The notes under the pieces: model-generated
Seen by the model: only the letters and a program-made list of their open reading frames with translations
Databases searched by the model: none
What the model was told of the DNA's origin: nothing
Translations under genes and position numbers: made by a program
IMG/VR virus record: IMGVR_UViG_3300028536_000014
Span: 1-64,000 of that record
Length of the DNA: 64,000 nt
Strand: one strand, 5' to 3'
Shown here: in pieces, positions 19,441-29,698 of the stretch
How the letters are laid out: each line of letters opens with the position of its first letter
Position numbering within the stretch: the stretch's first letter is position 1

Positions 19441-21471
19441 TTAAACTATTTTGGAATGAGAACCTAAGTTTGTATGCATGTGAAGATTTTCTACTACCTC
19501 TTTTGGTGTTAAGAATACGTCTATAGGAGAACTTGGACGATTTTCTTGGAAGAAGTTTCTTGGATTTGAGATCGTCTTAAACTGATCTTCATATGCATAA
19601 GCCGCACCCAAAGAACGATTTGTAATAACAAATCTTGCTACATGAAGTCCTGCATTCGGATGGTGTCGTGCCATTCCGTAATCTTCCACACCAGGCGTCA
19701 TGACAGCATAGATCAATACTTCAAGTAAACTTAAATTAACATCAATTTTAGTATTGACCTGATCAAATAACTCTTGAAGAATAAGCACGGGGGCATCAGC
19801 TTGTGCTCGCTTATGAAGATTCTTCGTATTAGATTCGATAATACTAGCAATATGATCAGCATGATCAGCATAGCTATATTCCATATCAGGAACACGTATC
19901 ACTGGAAACTTTGCATTCCATCCAGTCAAATCAAATACGAAATGATCATACTCGTTTGTACTCCATCCTTTATCTTTCAGGAAGTGAAGAAATTCATACG
20001 AGAAATATCCATAACGTTTATTCTGTTCGATCTGTATCGGTATCTCGACTATAGCGCCGTTGGACAAGGTTTCTTGAATAACGATCTGAGACAATGCGCT
20101 GATACGTCGTGGATTGATCTGATCGATCGTTCTTAACAGTTTAAGATCAGTAAGACCAATGGCGGTATTACGATTCACAATCATCTTGTATTGAGATGTT
20201 TTATTAAACGGTTTAAGATGAAACGACATGGTATTAAACATGAATGTCAAATATCGTTGAGCATCTTCTTTCATCAAAATCTCAGTACCAACAGCCGAAC
20301 CAATGATGTGTTTGGTTGACAGAATGGTCTGAGTCAGCTGTTGAGTTAAAGTTGCCGCACATAGATGTCCAAGGTTAGCAAACCGAGAAACATTATGATG
20401 AAGCATACCAAAACAGACTGAACAAACTTTATGAGGATTATTTTCCTGACAATGTAGTGATGAACGAATTGAAATAATCTTTCCGTATAGATGAGATTCT
20501 TTTCCGATAATTTCTTTTAAACTATTTGTGGTTTCATCCAGATACATCTTACCTTTCATGAACTTGAGATCACCAGCATAAATTTGGCGACCTGTTTCTG
20601 TATAGGAAGGTGGTTTAACTAACCACTCAATATATTTTGTTGAACCACAATCACCAGGTGAAATACTTTGCACAACCATCCCAGAGAGCTGTAGACGTCG
20701 TGCAAAGTATTCGGTATCCTGAAGTGGTGCTTCTGCAGAATAAAGATGCTTAGCAGCCGCACGAGACTCTGCAACGTAGTCATACAACTTATACATTCCA
20801 GTTGTATAATTCGACATGATCGGTGTACTCATGATCGTTCCGGTAACTTCAATCGGAAATCCACGTGCAAGAACACACTGATTAACTTGATTGATATTCA
20901 AAATCTTCATTCGAATAAATTGAACCAGATTATTTCTCTGGAACTTCGGATCATTAAAAATGACCTTGTGTGAATTCGAATAAAAATCTGCAATTGAATT
21001 AGCTGTCGGTTCTGTTTTATTTCTCAATTCGACAATTTGTTCTGCCTGAGCCAATTCTAGAATATCGAGAATATCTAAAGTCGCTACATAACGACCTGCA
21101 AATTTCATCAATTCATTATGAAGCTGGTTAGTGACGTAATAGATAACGCCAAGAATCTCTTCTTTCTGTTGATAGCTGGTGAGGTTATGATCCATAATTA
21201 GTTGTTTTGAGATTCGGCTAATAAGATCAATGTGTGTATTAGACGATAATAACTGACCATTCATAATGCTATCAGCATGATGAGAGTGTGTCAGAGGTAA
21301 GAATGGATACCGTCTATGAAACTCCCAGAAGTACCAGGAATAAACAGCTTTTCGAGTACTTGATGTAACTGTGATTCCATCATCATAAATGAGGTCAATT
21401 GTTTTCGGATAAGTTTCAAGAATAATAGTTGGAGTTAATGGTAATAAATCTCTAGCTTTAATTGCTGTCAC
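19441..21471 (-). CDS. Non-virion RNA polymerase beta' C-terminal subunit (phiKZ gp74-like)
   Basis: DTEYFARRLQL, GDCGS, SSLHC, VCSVCFG, LTQTILSTKH (trigger-loop-like). Confidence 0.9.
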   Translation of the reverse strand: MTAIKARDLLPLTPTIILETYPKTIDLIYDDGITVTSSTRKAVYSWYFWEFHRRYPFLPLTHSHHADSIMNGQLLSSNTHIDLISRISKQLIMDHNLTSYQQKEEILGVIYYVTNQLHNELMKFAGRYVATLDILDILELAQAEQIVELRNKTEPTANSIADFYSNSHKVIFNDPKFQRNNLVQFIRMKILNINQVNQCVLARGFPIEVTGTIMSTPIMSNYTTGMYKLYDYVAESRAAAKHLYSAEAPLQDTEYFARRLQLSGMVVQSISPGDCGSTKYIEWLVKPPSYTETGRQIYAGDLKFMKGKMYLDETTNSLKEIIGKESHLYGKIISIRSSLHCQENNPHKVCSVCFGMLHHNVSRFANLGHLCAATLTQQLTQTILSTKHIIGSAVGTEILMKEDAQRYLTFMFNTMSFHLKPFNKTSQYKMIVNRNTAIGLTDLKLLRTIDQINPRRISALSQIVIQETLSNGAIVEIPIQIEQNKRYGYFSYEFLHFLKDKGWSTNEYDHFVFDLTGWNAKFPVIRVPDMEYSYADHADHIASIIESNTKNLHKRAQADAPVLILQELFDQVNTKIDVNLSLLEVLIYAVMTPGVEDYGMARHHPNAGLHVARFVITNRSLGAAYAYEDQFKTISNPRNFFQENRPSSPIDVFLTPKEVVENLHMHTNLGSHSKIV

Positions 21472-21670
21472 AATTTTTATCCGTTTTAGGTCTGTTTCGA
21501 AATATTTTCATAATAGCATAAATTGGCCACACTAACCATGTTACTCCTATAAATAAAGACAGTAACATAATAACCGTAGGTTTTTGTGAACTCTTGTTAC
21601 TATTTTTAACGATAAACACACAAGCTACGATTATTGCTATTTCGATATAAGCAATTTCAATTATCTTCAT
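21458..21670 (-). CDS. Small membrane protein between nvRNAP beta and beta' genes
   Basis: Two hydrophobic helices; likely start MKIIEIAY at 21670 (ORF track starts at 21730). Confidence 0.6.
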   Translation of the reverse strand: MKIIEIAYIEIAIIVACVFIVKNSNKSSQKPTVIMLLSLFIGVTWLVWPIYAIMKIFRNRPKTDKNCDSN

Positions 21671-23831
21671 CGTCTCTTTCCTGAATATACTGATTAATTT
21701 CCGGTAAATACTCAGGTTTAAATCCAGCACACATGAAGATATGATTCACAATCTGAATAGGACGAGAAGCACCTAGTGGTATTACATCACGATCAATAAT
21801 CCGACTAATCTGACTAGGATTATTAGATGCCAATAAATTCCAGTAAATGTTACGACGTGTTACAGGATTGTTAGTCCGATCGAACATTTCCGCAATAGAT
21901 TCGGCTCCAGTATAGCAAGCAAAGATTCGAGATTCAGTTTCTCCAGAAAGACGAGTTGGAGAATTACGATAAGGGTAAGCGAATTTCTCGGATTTAGTTA
22001 CGGAAGAAAGAATGCCGAAATGTTGTAGTCTAGCAGTAGAAGTTGCAGACCATTCACTTGCTAACTTATCCAGAAGGAACATATAAACCTTTCCGATTCT
22101 GATCTTCTTAACTGTTTCAACTTGTTGACCTGATTGGTCAACATATTTAACTGTTGTTCTAGTTGGTTTAAATAGTTGTTCGATTTCTGGAACAATTTGA
22201 TCAGGTAATTTCTTGTTATCTACCGGTAAGAATATCTTACAGGTCCCGTCGTTAATGATGTCACATAGATGTTCAGATTGTTCATTGCGAGATAAAGCAC
22301 TGAAATAATCCGGCATGATATCATTGAAAACACGATAGAAACTCATCAAGTAATCGTAACACTCTAAAAACAGTTCTTGATTTATTTCTAATAACATTTC
22401 TTGATTGACTTCTGGACGCTTATTAAAATCATCAATATGATTTGTTGGTATAATTCCCAACTGTTGTGTAATACGAACAGTAATGTCGTGACAAGCACAG
22501 GTCATATATTGTTCATAAGACTGACCAATATTCATTCGGTGGAAAACCGGACCTGGATCGATAATCATGTCGGCACGAACACCATCAGGACGAATAGGCA
22601 TTTCGTGATCTTCCATGATTTTACAAACGACACCTTTACTTCCGCTTTGATTACTAAACTTATCTCCAATATTTGGAATCAGTTCATATTCGATTACAAA
22701 TTTAGCGTGATACTCATCAATATGTTCTTTTCGATAAATGAGTTTCAATGTTTGTTTCATTTTCTCAGCGTTATGATTTGTGATCGCAAGTGCTCTGACC
22801 AGAATCTTATTAAACGCAGGACTGATATTAATAAACGGTGTTCCAAACTTACGTTTACGTTCAGATCGTAAACGTTCTTCTGTTTCTACTATTTCACGAT
22901 TATAACGTAGAAATGCTTGGACATACTTATCAGCATGATCCGACATTCCAACAGGTGTATTTCGAATAGGGTTATTATTCGAAATGATTTCTATATCGAT
23001 AACACGACCACGTCCTTGACGAACATAAATCTGTTTATCAAATGTATAGTCAATTTCACGCATATCGTTGATACCCATATCAACAACATAGGTATCTGGG
23101 TCATAGGTACGTAGCGCCATCAATAATCCATCTTCTCGAAGATAATCTCCGATGTCTGGAAATGGTTTATTATCACCATAGATATTGATAGGAAATTCAT
23201 TACTTCCCCATTCAACAACACGAGTGTCATAAACTTTATATTTCCAATTCTCAAGTTCCCCACGACGAACAGCGATACCATCTTCAGAAACACCTGGGAT
23301 AGCCATATAGGTTACGTTAACATTACGACCATATGCGTAATTATTTCCGTCTTTAACACCAGGGCTATCCATGAAAACTGTATCTTTAGGAATATAAGTA
23401 GTGTGGCGTAAAAGATCCATTCCTTGTTGAGGGACACAACTCCAACCGAAATACTGATGGAAACTTCGATAAATCGGAATCATAAAACAATCGATTTCTC
23501 CAGTTTCCGAATTTTCATAGATAACCAGAGATTCGGGATTAAGTTTTAAACTATCCTGACCTACACCTTGAGGATATCGATCTATTACCTTAATGATCTT
23601 GCCATTGGCAGGCATGCGAACACCCAAGGTATATTTTGCCAATTCAGATTCAGGACCAGCTTGGATAATCTTTTCTTCCAATCCGTTAGTGATCAAATGC
23701 TGACTGACATGACTTGCCATCATCACTGAACGTGAGCTTGAGTTATTGATTGCGAAAGGGTTAATCGCATGGATCCCCAAAAACTGAGGACGAATCTCGT
23801 TTACTCTATCACTCTGTTTTTCCAAAACCAA
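21657..23831 (-). CDS. Non-virion RNA polymerase beta C-terminal subunit (phiKZ gp71-73-like), uninterrupted
   Basis: NSSSRSVMMASHVSQ, SEDG, IGDKFSNQSGSKGV, RMNIGQ, RLSGETE; start probably TTG at 23825. Confidence 0.92.
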   Translation of the reverse strand: MVLEKQSDRVNEIRPQFLGIHAINPFAINNSSSRSVMMASHVSQHLITNGLEEKIIQAGPESELAKYTLGVRMPANGKIIKVIDRYPQGVGQDSLKLNPESLVIYENSETGEIDCFMIPIYRSFHQYFGWSCVPQQGMDLLRHTTYIPKDTVFMDSPGVKDGNNYAYGRNVNVTYMAIPGVSEDGIAVRRGELENWKYKVYDTRVVEWGSNEFPINIYGDNKPFPDIGDYLREDGLLMALRTYDPDTYVVDMGINDMREIDYTFDKQIYVRQGRGRVIDIEIISNNNPIRNTPVGMSDHADKYVQAFLRYNREIVETEERLRSERKRKFGTPFINISPAFNKILVRALAITNHNAEKMKQTLKLIYRKEHIDEYHAKFVIEYELIPNIGDKFSNQSGSKGVVCKIMEDHEMPIRPDGVRADMIIDPGPVFHRMNIGQSYEQYMTCACHDITVRITQQLGIIPTNHIDDFNKRPEVNQEMLLEINQELFLECYDYLMSFYRVFNDIMPDYFSALSRNEQSEHLCDIINDGTCKIFLPVDNKKLPDQIVPEIEQLFKPTRTTVKYVDQSGQQVETVKKIRIGKVYMFLLDKLASEWSATSTARLQHFGILSSVTKSEKFAYPYRNSPTRLSGETESRIFACYTGAESIAEMFDRTNNPVTRRNIYWNLLASNNPSQISRIIDRDVIPLGASRPIQIVNHIFMCAGFKPEYLPEINQYIQERDDEDN

Positions 23832-23886
23832 ACTCCTTTAATAGTTTTATACATCAACAAAGAAAAACCAGCATCAGCTATCATTT

Positions 23887-23905
23887 AGAGTATATATCTT
23901 TGAAA
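23887..23905 (-). promoter_or_regulatory. Phage early-type promoter motif upstream of nvRNAP beta
   Basis: Minus strand TTTCA-N-ATATACTCT; same motif recurs at 28880, 41242, 41681, 47945, 49971, 52581, 54388. Confidence 0.65.
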
Positions 23906-23921
23906 AAAATAAGGAACATGA

Positions 23922-24254
23922 ATGAAAATCAGTTCACTTTTACCTGTTACTGATTCCTATTATCAGAACTATGATTTCGAAACTTTTATTGAGTCTCATA
24001 TTCCATACATCATTCAGAATTATATTTCTATTCAGAAAGATGTTCCTGAGAACGTCACTATTGTTTATAAAGGTGATTTCTATGGTCTCCTATCTTCATT
24101 ACTGATTCCAATGGACTTACACTATATAGTGATGCGTGTGAACGGATTTTACAGTAGTCAAGATTTCACAGGTGAAGCAATTGTTGTCATGGTTCCAAAT
24201 GACAAAGAAATAACGCTACTCAAAAATGTTTATAAGACCACACAAGTTGCTTAA
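23922..24254 (+). CDS. LysM/tail-X-like small protein
   Basis: 110 aa; YKGDFYGLL...HYIVMRVNG pattern; opposite strand to neighbours. Confidence 0.5.
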   Translation: MKISSLLPVTDSYYQNYDFETFIESHIPYIIQNYISIQKDVPENVTIVYKGDFYGLLSSLLIPMDLHYIVMRVNGFYSSQDFTGEAIVVMVPNDKEITLLKNVYKTTQVA

Positions 24255-24256
24255 TT

Positions 24257-24298
24257 CATAAAGACCTCAGACGCTTGTATAGGCGTCTGAGGTCTATG
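24257..24298. terminator. Bidirectional terminator hairpin
   Basis: agacctcagacgc / gcgtctgaggtct inverted repeat between convergent genes. Confidence 0.75.
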
Positions 24299-24301
24299 AT
24301 G

Positions 24302-25792
24302 TTATTTGAAATTCCAACCAGGCGGTGGTGGTTGTTGAGCGTTTGGATTCATATAAGTAGGTTGTGGTTGATATCCTGCTTGTTGCTGGATAGGAACTTG
24401 AACATACTGATTATTTTGAACTACCCACTGATGACCAAGTGCGGGTGGTGGTAATTGAACCTGTGGTTGTTGCTGATAAACAGGTTGTTGATATCCTGCT
24501 GGAATATAACCAGCTTGAGATGGAGGATACATTGGCTGCTGTCCTGGATAATTCATCATAGGAGCGTTTTGTGGAGCAGCCCAACTAGGTACCTGTTGAA
24601 CTTGAGGTGCTCCAGGCATCATAACGCCAGGAGGAGGATATCCATATGTACGAATATGATTGTTGATATATTCTTGTGCAAGAATAGGCGCCATCGGGTT
24701 AGGCTGCATTGCCATAACTGGATTAGCTCTGAGCATATCAGTAAAATTAAGTTTACCATCAGCAGTTTCACGAACAACTGGCGCTTGATATTGAGGGGCC
24801 TGAGTTGGTTGAGGCGCTTGTTGATAAATAGGTTGTTGCTGAGTGGTTTGAGTAGGAGCTGGCGGATCTTGCTTATATTCAACCTTCTGAATAGGATGAT
24901 TTTGTTCACTTACTGTCGCTCTACCTCCATTACCTTTTACTAACTGAGGTAATTTTTCGATATCTGATCGCAGATCATCCAGATCTTGAAATGCTGCAAA
25001 CCATTCCATATCGAAAAGAGAGTCTTCATAATTAGGAATGAAATCTTTGTACATTGTAGTAATATCGTTCAAGCGTTGTGCAATAATTGCAGAGGTAGAC
25101 ATCAGAGCATCCAGATAAGGTGCTACTCGAGTCCTAGTTCCATAATTATAACTTTCCGATTTCTTGATATCAGGAAAGATAAACTCAACGATTTTCTTAA
25201 AAGCAGAACGATCTTTTACTCTGAGATGATCATATTTATCTGCAGTCAAATCCTGATAGAACGGAAAGGTCACAATACCCAATCGTGAATAAGCTTCTCC
25301 TCTCCATGTTCCAGAATGTTTCAGATAAAGTTTGATATAGGTTTCACTAAGATGTTGTTTAAGCAACTTCATCATTAAGTTAGACCAATGAATAGCTGTC
25401 TTATCATCGGCTTCACTGATAAATTTCAACAAAGCAATCTGATCTTCATCCAAACGTTTATGTTGTTCTGGAGAACCCAATAGACTAAGAAGATATTGAG
25501 CGGTGATTCCAAAAACACAATTGAATCGAATTGCGATATATTCTCTAAGTTTCTGAACAACCTCAGATTCACCTCTTACAAAGTTTTCACAGAAAGGATG
25601 GAAATAAACTCTTTTCTGATCAGGATTATTGAACTGAGAATGAATAGGAAGTACAAGTGGTTCACCATTAATTTCCACTTGTATTGAATCAGAATTTTTA
25701 TTGGGTTGAACATAAATGACACCATCACTGTCTGCATGAAGCCCTGCAAAAGACAGAATGGAAGTATATATATCCAGTATTTTCTTAGACAT
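24302..25792 (-). CDS. Chimallivirus core protein (phiKZ gp70-like) with Q/P/Y-rich low-complexity C-terminus
   Basis: 496 aa; sits between PicA-like and nvRNAP beta; last ~190 aa Q/P-rich. Confidence 0.65.
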   Translation of the reverse strand: MSKKILDIYTSILSFAGLHADSDGVIYVQPNKNSDSIQVEINGEPLVLPIHSQFNNPDQKRVYFHPFCENFVRGESEVVQKLREYIAIRFNCVFGITAQYLLSLLGSPEQHKRLDEDQIALLKFISEADDKTAIHWSNLMMKLLKQHLSETYIKLYLKHSGTWRGEAYSRLGIVTFPFYQDLTADKYDHLRVKDRSAFKKIVEFIFPDIKKSESYNYGTRTRVAPYLDALMSTSAIIAQRLNDITTMYKDFIPNYEDSLFDMEWFAAFQDLDDLRSDIEKLPQLVKGNGGRATVSEQNHPIQKVEYKQDPPAPTQTTQQQPIYQQAPQPTQAPQYQAPVVRETADGKLNFTDMLRANPVMAMQPNPMAPILAQEYINNHIRTYGYPPPGVMMPGAPQVQQVPSWAAPQNAPMMNYPGQQPMYPPSQAGYIPAGYQQPVYQQQPQVQLPPPALGHQWVVQNNQYVQVPIQQQAGYQPQPTYMNPNAQQPPPPGWNFK

Positions 25793-27279
25793 TAGACGAG
25801 CTCATTAACGGAAGATGGACTAGTGTCTTGTTGAACACTCTGAAGAATTTGGGTAAAGTCGTATACGTTATTACGGACTAATTGTTCATCTGTAGTAATG
25901 ATTGGGGCCATCAATGAGTCACAGAACGATGGCGCAACATACCGTGTCATTGGGTCAACTCCAATCTGTATATCGATAACAGTATCACCTAACAAATCGA
26001 TACTCATCTGGAGCATATAGGTTTCTTGATTTCCATGAGTTAAGTCATGCATAACCTCATGAATAAATCGTTGTTTAAAGACATTCAGGCTTTGTGAGAT
26101 ATCACGACCCATAATGTCTTTAGCACCCGTAAATAGAACATGATTTACGCCCATGTGGTCATGATTGTTCGAAGTGAATTGAAGTTTAAGGATCATCATC
26201 TCCATCATGATCGTTGGAACAGCATTGATCAGAACAGAAGCAACCCATGCACCACGATCATTCGGGTTATGCCAATATTCAGATTGCCCCGCGTGATTCA
26301 ATCTTGTCATGGCGGCGGATGTCAATGTAATGAAGTTTGAAACAGAGCGATCAAGAACATTGTTGTCTATCATCACTAAATGTTTCAATTTGAAGGTAGT
26401 TGAGTCAGGTTGACCTGTAACGTCAGATAAACGCCTAAAGAACGCTTTCTCTGATAAACTACCTTCATGCACATAACCTTTACAACGGCTATAAATATCA
26501 GCTTGACCAGATCCATAGGAAAGTAACGCTTGTCCTGTCTGATAACTATTAACCATTGTTGCCAAAATATTGGCTGGAAGATTATTAGAACGAGAATTTG
26601 GAACAGATGAACGAGATAACGTATGACGTTCATCTTTTATTCGACTATGGTTGTCTTGATCGAATATTTCCTGAGCAATAGGACCGTGTTGCATTACGGT
26701 ATAGAGTTCATTTGGACGCATTCCGTAGACGTCATGATTGAGCTGACTCGAAACTAACCGACCATTAATGACTTGCGCTGATTCGGTTACGATTTCACGT
26801 GTTTCGATACCCGTTGGAGTCAAAATCTTGGTTTGACTGATTTGAGTATAAGAATTAATAAAGAACAACATATCAGGATCAGGAGTACCTACCAAACTGG
26901 TATCAAAATGACTGGTATATCCTTGAATATGGAGTTGAAAAGTTGAACCAGTGCTACTGGTTATTTCCACAACCATACTGAACCTACCACGAGGATTTTC
27001 CCACCCGTTTGTAATGGGAATAACCCCCATGTGTTGTGGTGACGGCATCATGATACGATTAGCAATACCTGCCATTAGACTGGTTGTTGTTCCACCAGGT
27101 CCATTGTTAGCAACTCGTTTTGCTAAATCGTCTGCAATACTGGCATCATAATGTGTCTCGTATGGACGAGAATACATTGGGTTATAAGTACCTGAACGCA
27201 TAACGATCAATTTCAGAATACGTAGACCGATAGTCACAGGACGTGCGAAAGATTGTGTATAACCAGCTTGAGTATTAAT
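25792..27279 (-). CDS. picA: Probable phage-nucleus protein importer PicA/Imp1 (phiKZ gp69-like); likely ATT start at 27279 (ORF track: GTG at 27237)
   Basis: Synteny: directly downstream of the 520 aa sigma-like nvRNAP subunit; size ~490 aa; assignment by position rather than alignment. Confidence 0.6.
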   Translation of the reverse strand: MNTQAGYTQSFARPVTIGLRILKLIVMRSGTYNPMYSRPYETHYDASIADDLAKRVANNGPGGTTTSLMAGIANRIMMPSPQHMGVIPITNGWENPRGRFSMVVEITSSTGSTFQLHIQGYTSHFDTSLVGTPDPDMLFFINSYTQISQTKILTPTGIETREIVTESAQVINGRLVSSQLNHDVYGMRPNELYTVMQHGPIAQEIFDQDNHSRIKDERHTLSRSSVPNSRSNNLPANILATMVNSYQTGQALLSYGSGQADIYSRCKGYVHEGSLSEKAFFRRLSDVTGQPDSTTFKLKHLVMIDNNVLDRSVSNFITLTSAAMTRLNHAGQSEYWHNPNDRGAWVASVLINAVPTIMMEMMILKLQFTSNNHDHMGVNHVLFTGAKDIMGRDISQSLNVFKQRFIHEVMHDLTHGNQETYMLQMSIDLLGDTVIDIQIGVDPMTRYVAPSFCDSLMAPIITTDEQLVRNNVYDFTQILQSVQQDTSPSSVNELV

Positions 27280-27288
27280 TTCGTTCTC

Positions 27289-28851
27289 CTATTTAAATAG
27301 CGGTGTTGGATGCAGATTATTCCGACTTTGAATCTCGATCACTAATCTAGCGAGATCAGTTTTAATATCTGGTTTGATTGGATACCGCATTGTTCGATAA
27401 CCCAAGACTTGTTCAACTCGATCTATTTCTGTGGTAGGTCGCCAACCATACGTCATTAAGTTATTAGTAAGCCGATCAATGGATTCCATAGCCAGATTGG
27501 CTCCTCTGTTATCTGCTTTCTTAATACGTTGACTACGACGATAAGTATATAAAACATCCAGTTGTTCGATGAGAGGTTCTGCTATTCTCATCTTACTATC
27601 AACTGTAGAAACAACCATTTCTTTATCAGATCGAATCGGATGAGATGTAATTAATAAAGAAAGGTAGTGATGTCCACGTCGCCAAAGAACAGCTTCAGCA
27701 ACACCCATCAGTTGTTTTAATAGCTGGTCTGGTAAATAATGAATGATTTTCTGAGAAACAATCGATCTGAAAATCCATCGTAACAATGTCACTTGGGGTT
27801 CTGTGGTTAGCCCTTCATAATCTTTCATATGTTCAACACAACGAAGAACATCATTATGATCGATACCAGGTGATAAATATTGTCCAACTCGAAAAAGATC
27901 CGACAGAAAATATTCGATCTCAACAATATCACCGATAGCAATATTAGCTTTGATTTTATACCGTTCCAGTGCAGAAGCACGAGCGGTATTTTCATCCATC
28001 GTGTCGTCAATCTCTTTATTCTTTATCTTCGAATCGCCGGTATCATCTTTAGTTGACAACCGACCGGAAATGAACATATACATAAATGTAACAAGATGGG
28101 CTTCTGGATTAACACCTCGAATATCTCCAGTAGCTAAACACCGAATACAAACGAGTGCTAATAGCCAACGTGGATAATCGGAAGTTGGAATTCCTTTGAA
28201 CACATTCATCTGACGTGTCAGATTGGCGGAATGAATCGTGTTATCGATATAGTTCATAAGTTTCTTGACTGCAGGAACTTCCGCGTTCAATACCTTATCA
28301 ACAAGTTGGAAAGCTAACATTTCTTTGAAACTATCATCTGTTTCTTGTTTTATACTAGAAATGTATTCTCCCCAAATAGGAATCATACAACGTAGTACTA
28401 AAGACAATGTTGTTAATCGACGATAATCACTCGCAATATATGTTTTGCCTGATGATGTATTACGATCAACATCTACAATAAACTCGTTTGGTATTGATAA
28501 TGGAAGTTTAATATCAATTGCTTTGAAAGCAATCCATTCTTGAACTTTTACAAGATCGTGATAGCTGAGAAGTTCTTTGACTTGCTCCTGAAGAAACTCA
28601 CGAAGTGTCTGTTTGGTATAACCAATATCGTCGAAAGAGTTCAGGATATTTCGATAGATATTGAAAATAGTTTGTTGAACTTCAGGTGTCTGATCAGCCC
28701 AATAATCATTAATCTGACTAAAGACATCCATATCACCAGAGAAGACCGTTCGACGATAGAACGATATGGAGAAACTAAGAGTCTGACCTAGATGTTCTAT
28801 GATGACCGATGGTGTCACATTCGCCAATGAAACCGAGGCAAAGATTTTCAA
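27289..28851 (-). CDS. Non-virion RNAP fifth (sigma-like promoter specificity) subunit (phiKZ gp68-like)
   Basis: 520 aa helical protein matching gp68 size and position; TTG start with AAGGAG SD; early promoter at 28880-28899. Confidence 0.7.
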   Translation of the reverse strand: MKIFASVSLANVTPSVIIEHLGQTLSFSISFYRRTVFSGDMDVFSQINDYWADQTPEVQQTIFNIYRNILNSFDDIGYTKQTLREFLQEQVKELLSYHDLVKVQEWIAFKAIDIKLPLSIPNEFIVDVDRNTSSGKTYIASDYRRLTTLSLVLRCMIPIWGEYISSIKQETDDSFKEMLAFQLVDKVLNAEVPAVKKLMNYIDNTIHSANLTRQMNVFKGIPTSDYPRWLLALVCIRCLATGDIRGVNPEAHLVTFMYMFISGRLSTKDDTGDSKIKNKEIDDTMDENTARASALERYKIKANIAIGDIVEIEYFLSDLFRVGQYLSPGIDHNDVLRCVEHMKDYEGLTTEPQVTLLRWIFRSIVSQKIIHYLPDQLLKQLMGVAEAVLWRRGHHYLSLLITSHPIRSDKEMVVSTVDSKMRIAEPLIEQLDVLYTYRRSQRIKKADNRGANLAMESIDRLTNNLMTYGWRPTTEIDRVEQVLGYRTMRYPIKPDIKTDLARLVIEIQSRNNLHPTPLFK

Positions 28852-28879
28852 CTTAACAAACTCCTTATTAACAACAAGT

Positions 28880-28899
28880 AGAATATATAGGACTGAAAC
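28880..28899 (-). promoter_or_regulatory. Early-type promoter motif
   Basis: Minus strand TTTCAGTCCTATATATTCT. Confidence 0.55.
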
Positions 28900-28915
28900 A
28901 TTTTAGCAGGTACTT

Positions 28916-28950
28916 GATCTACTCCGTTCATAGACTGAACGGAGTAGATC
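28916..28950. terminator. Terminator hairpin
   Basis: 15-bp perfect inverted repeat gatctactccgttca / tgaacggagtagatc. Confidence 0.75.
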
Positions 28951-28971
28951 TATGTTTTGTGTCCTTATTAA

Positions 28972-29643
28972 TTAATAGGGAATATCAGATTCATCCATAT
29001 TGTCATAAACACTACCTGTTGGCTTAGAAGTTGTGATATTCTCTGTCTGATTTCCACGCTGACTATAAGGAAGTGATTTCTCTCTTGGAGTCGATGTATT
29101 GCGGAAATGCAAACACTTATCGATGAAATGATGACGAAGAATAGGTACTAGTGTTAATGCACGTGAAATAGAACCCTCACCCTTTGTCATCAACTGACCA
29201 GTCGAGTTACGGAACTCATGGAAATCAGATAGTAAGATTTCGAAGACGATCTTTGGACGATTCGGTTGTTGTGCCGAGATCCAAACCACACCTTCTTCAT
29301 TCTTTCCGAACCAAAGCTCACCAGTCACTTCACGGTCACCAGTAATCTTACCTGCAGTATCGCGTGGGAAATGTTTGATATTCACCATTTCTTTAGAAGG
29401 ACCATTGGTCTTAACAACTTTCTCAAAGTGATTCAGAAAGATAAGGAAATGTTCCAAGTCAAATGACGCAATAATAGCGCCTTTACCATCATGATCTGAT
29501 TGGGTATTGGTAAACACCGTAATACGGGGATATCCTTCCTTGATACCGAAGGACATCGCTGCACGTTTGTTTCCTTCGACTGATGTCCAGAACGTATATC
29601 GATCAAGTTCGAAAATTGGTGGCCTTGCTTTTACTTCACTCAT
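28972..29643 (-). CDS. chmC: Probable ChmC, Whirly-fold nucleus-associated RNA-binding protein (phiKZ gp67-like)
   Basis: 223 aa immediately upstream of the sigma-like subunit; two beta-beta-beta-alpha-like halves and a disordered acidic tail; synteny-based. Confidence 0.6.
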   Translation of the reverse strand: MSEVKARPPIFELDRYTFWTSVEGNKRAAMSFGIKEGYPRITVFTNTQSDHDGKGAIIASFDLEHFLIFLNHFEKVVKTNGPSKEMVNIKHFPRDTAGKITGDREVTGELWFGKNEEGVVWISAQQPNRPKIVFEILLSDFHEFRNSTGQLMTKGEGSISRALTLVPILRHHFIDKCLHFRNTSTPREKSLPYSQRGNQTENITTSKPTGSVYDNMDESDIPY

Positions 29644-29698
29644 ACATCATTCCTTCCCATGTTTTGGTTTGATACTACAGTGGTTAATCGAATAAATC

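Noticed and set aside
21657-23831. Group I intron or intein in nvRNAP beta, as in phiKZ
   Set aside because: The ORF is continuous at a normal length and contains no HNH gene or splice-junction motifs
24455-24943. 162 aa plus-strand ORF
   Set aside because: Antisense to the Q/P-rich region; L/W/R-rich translation typical of shadow frames
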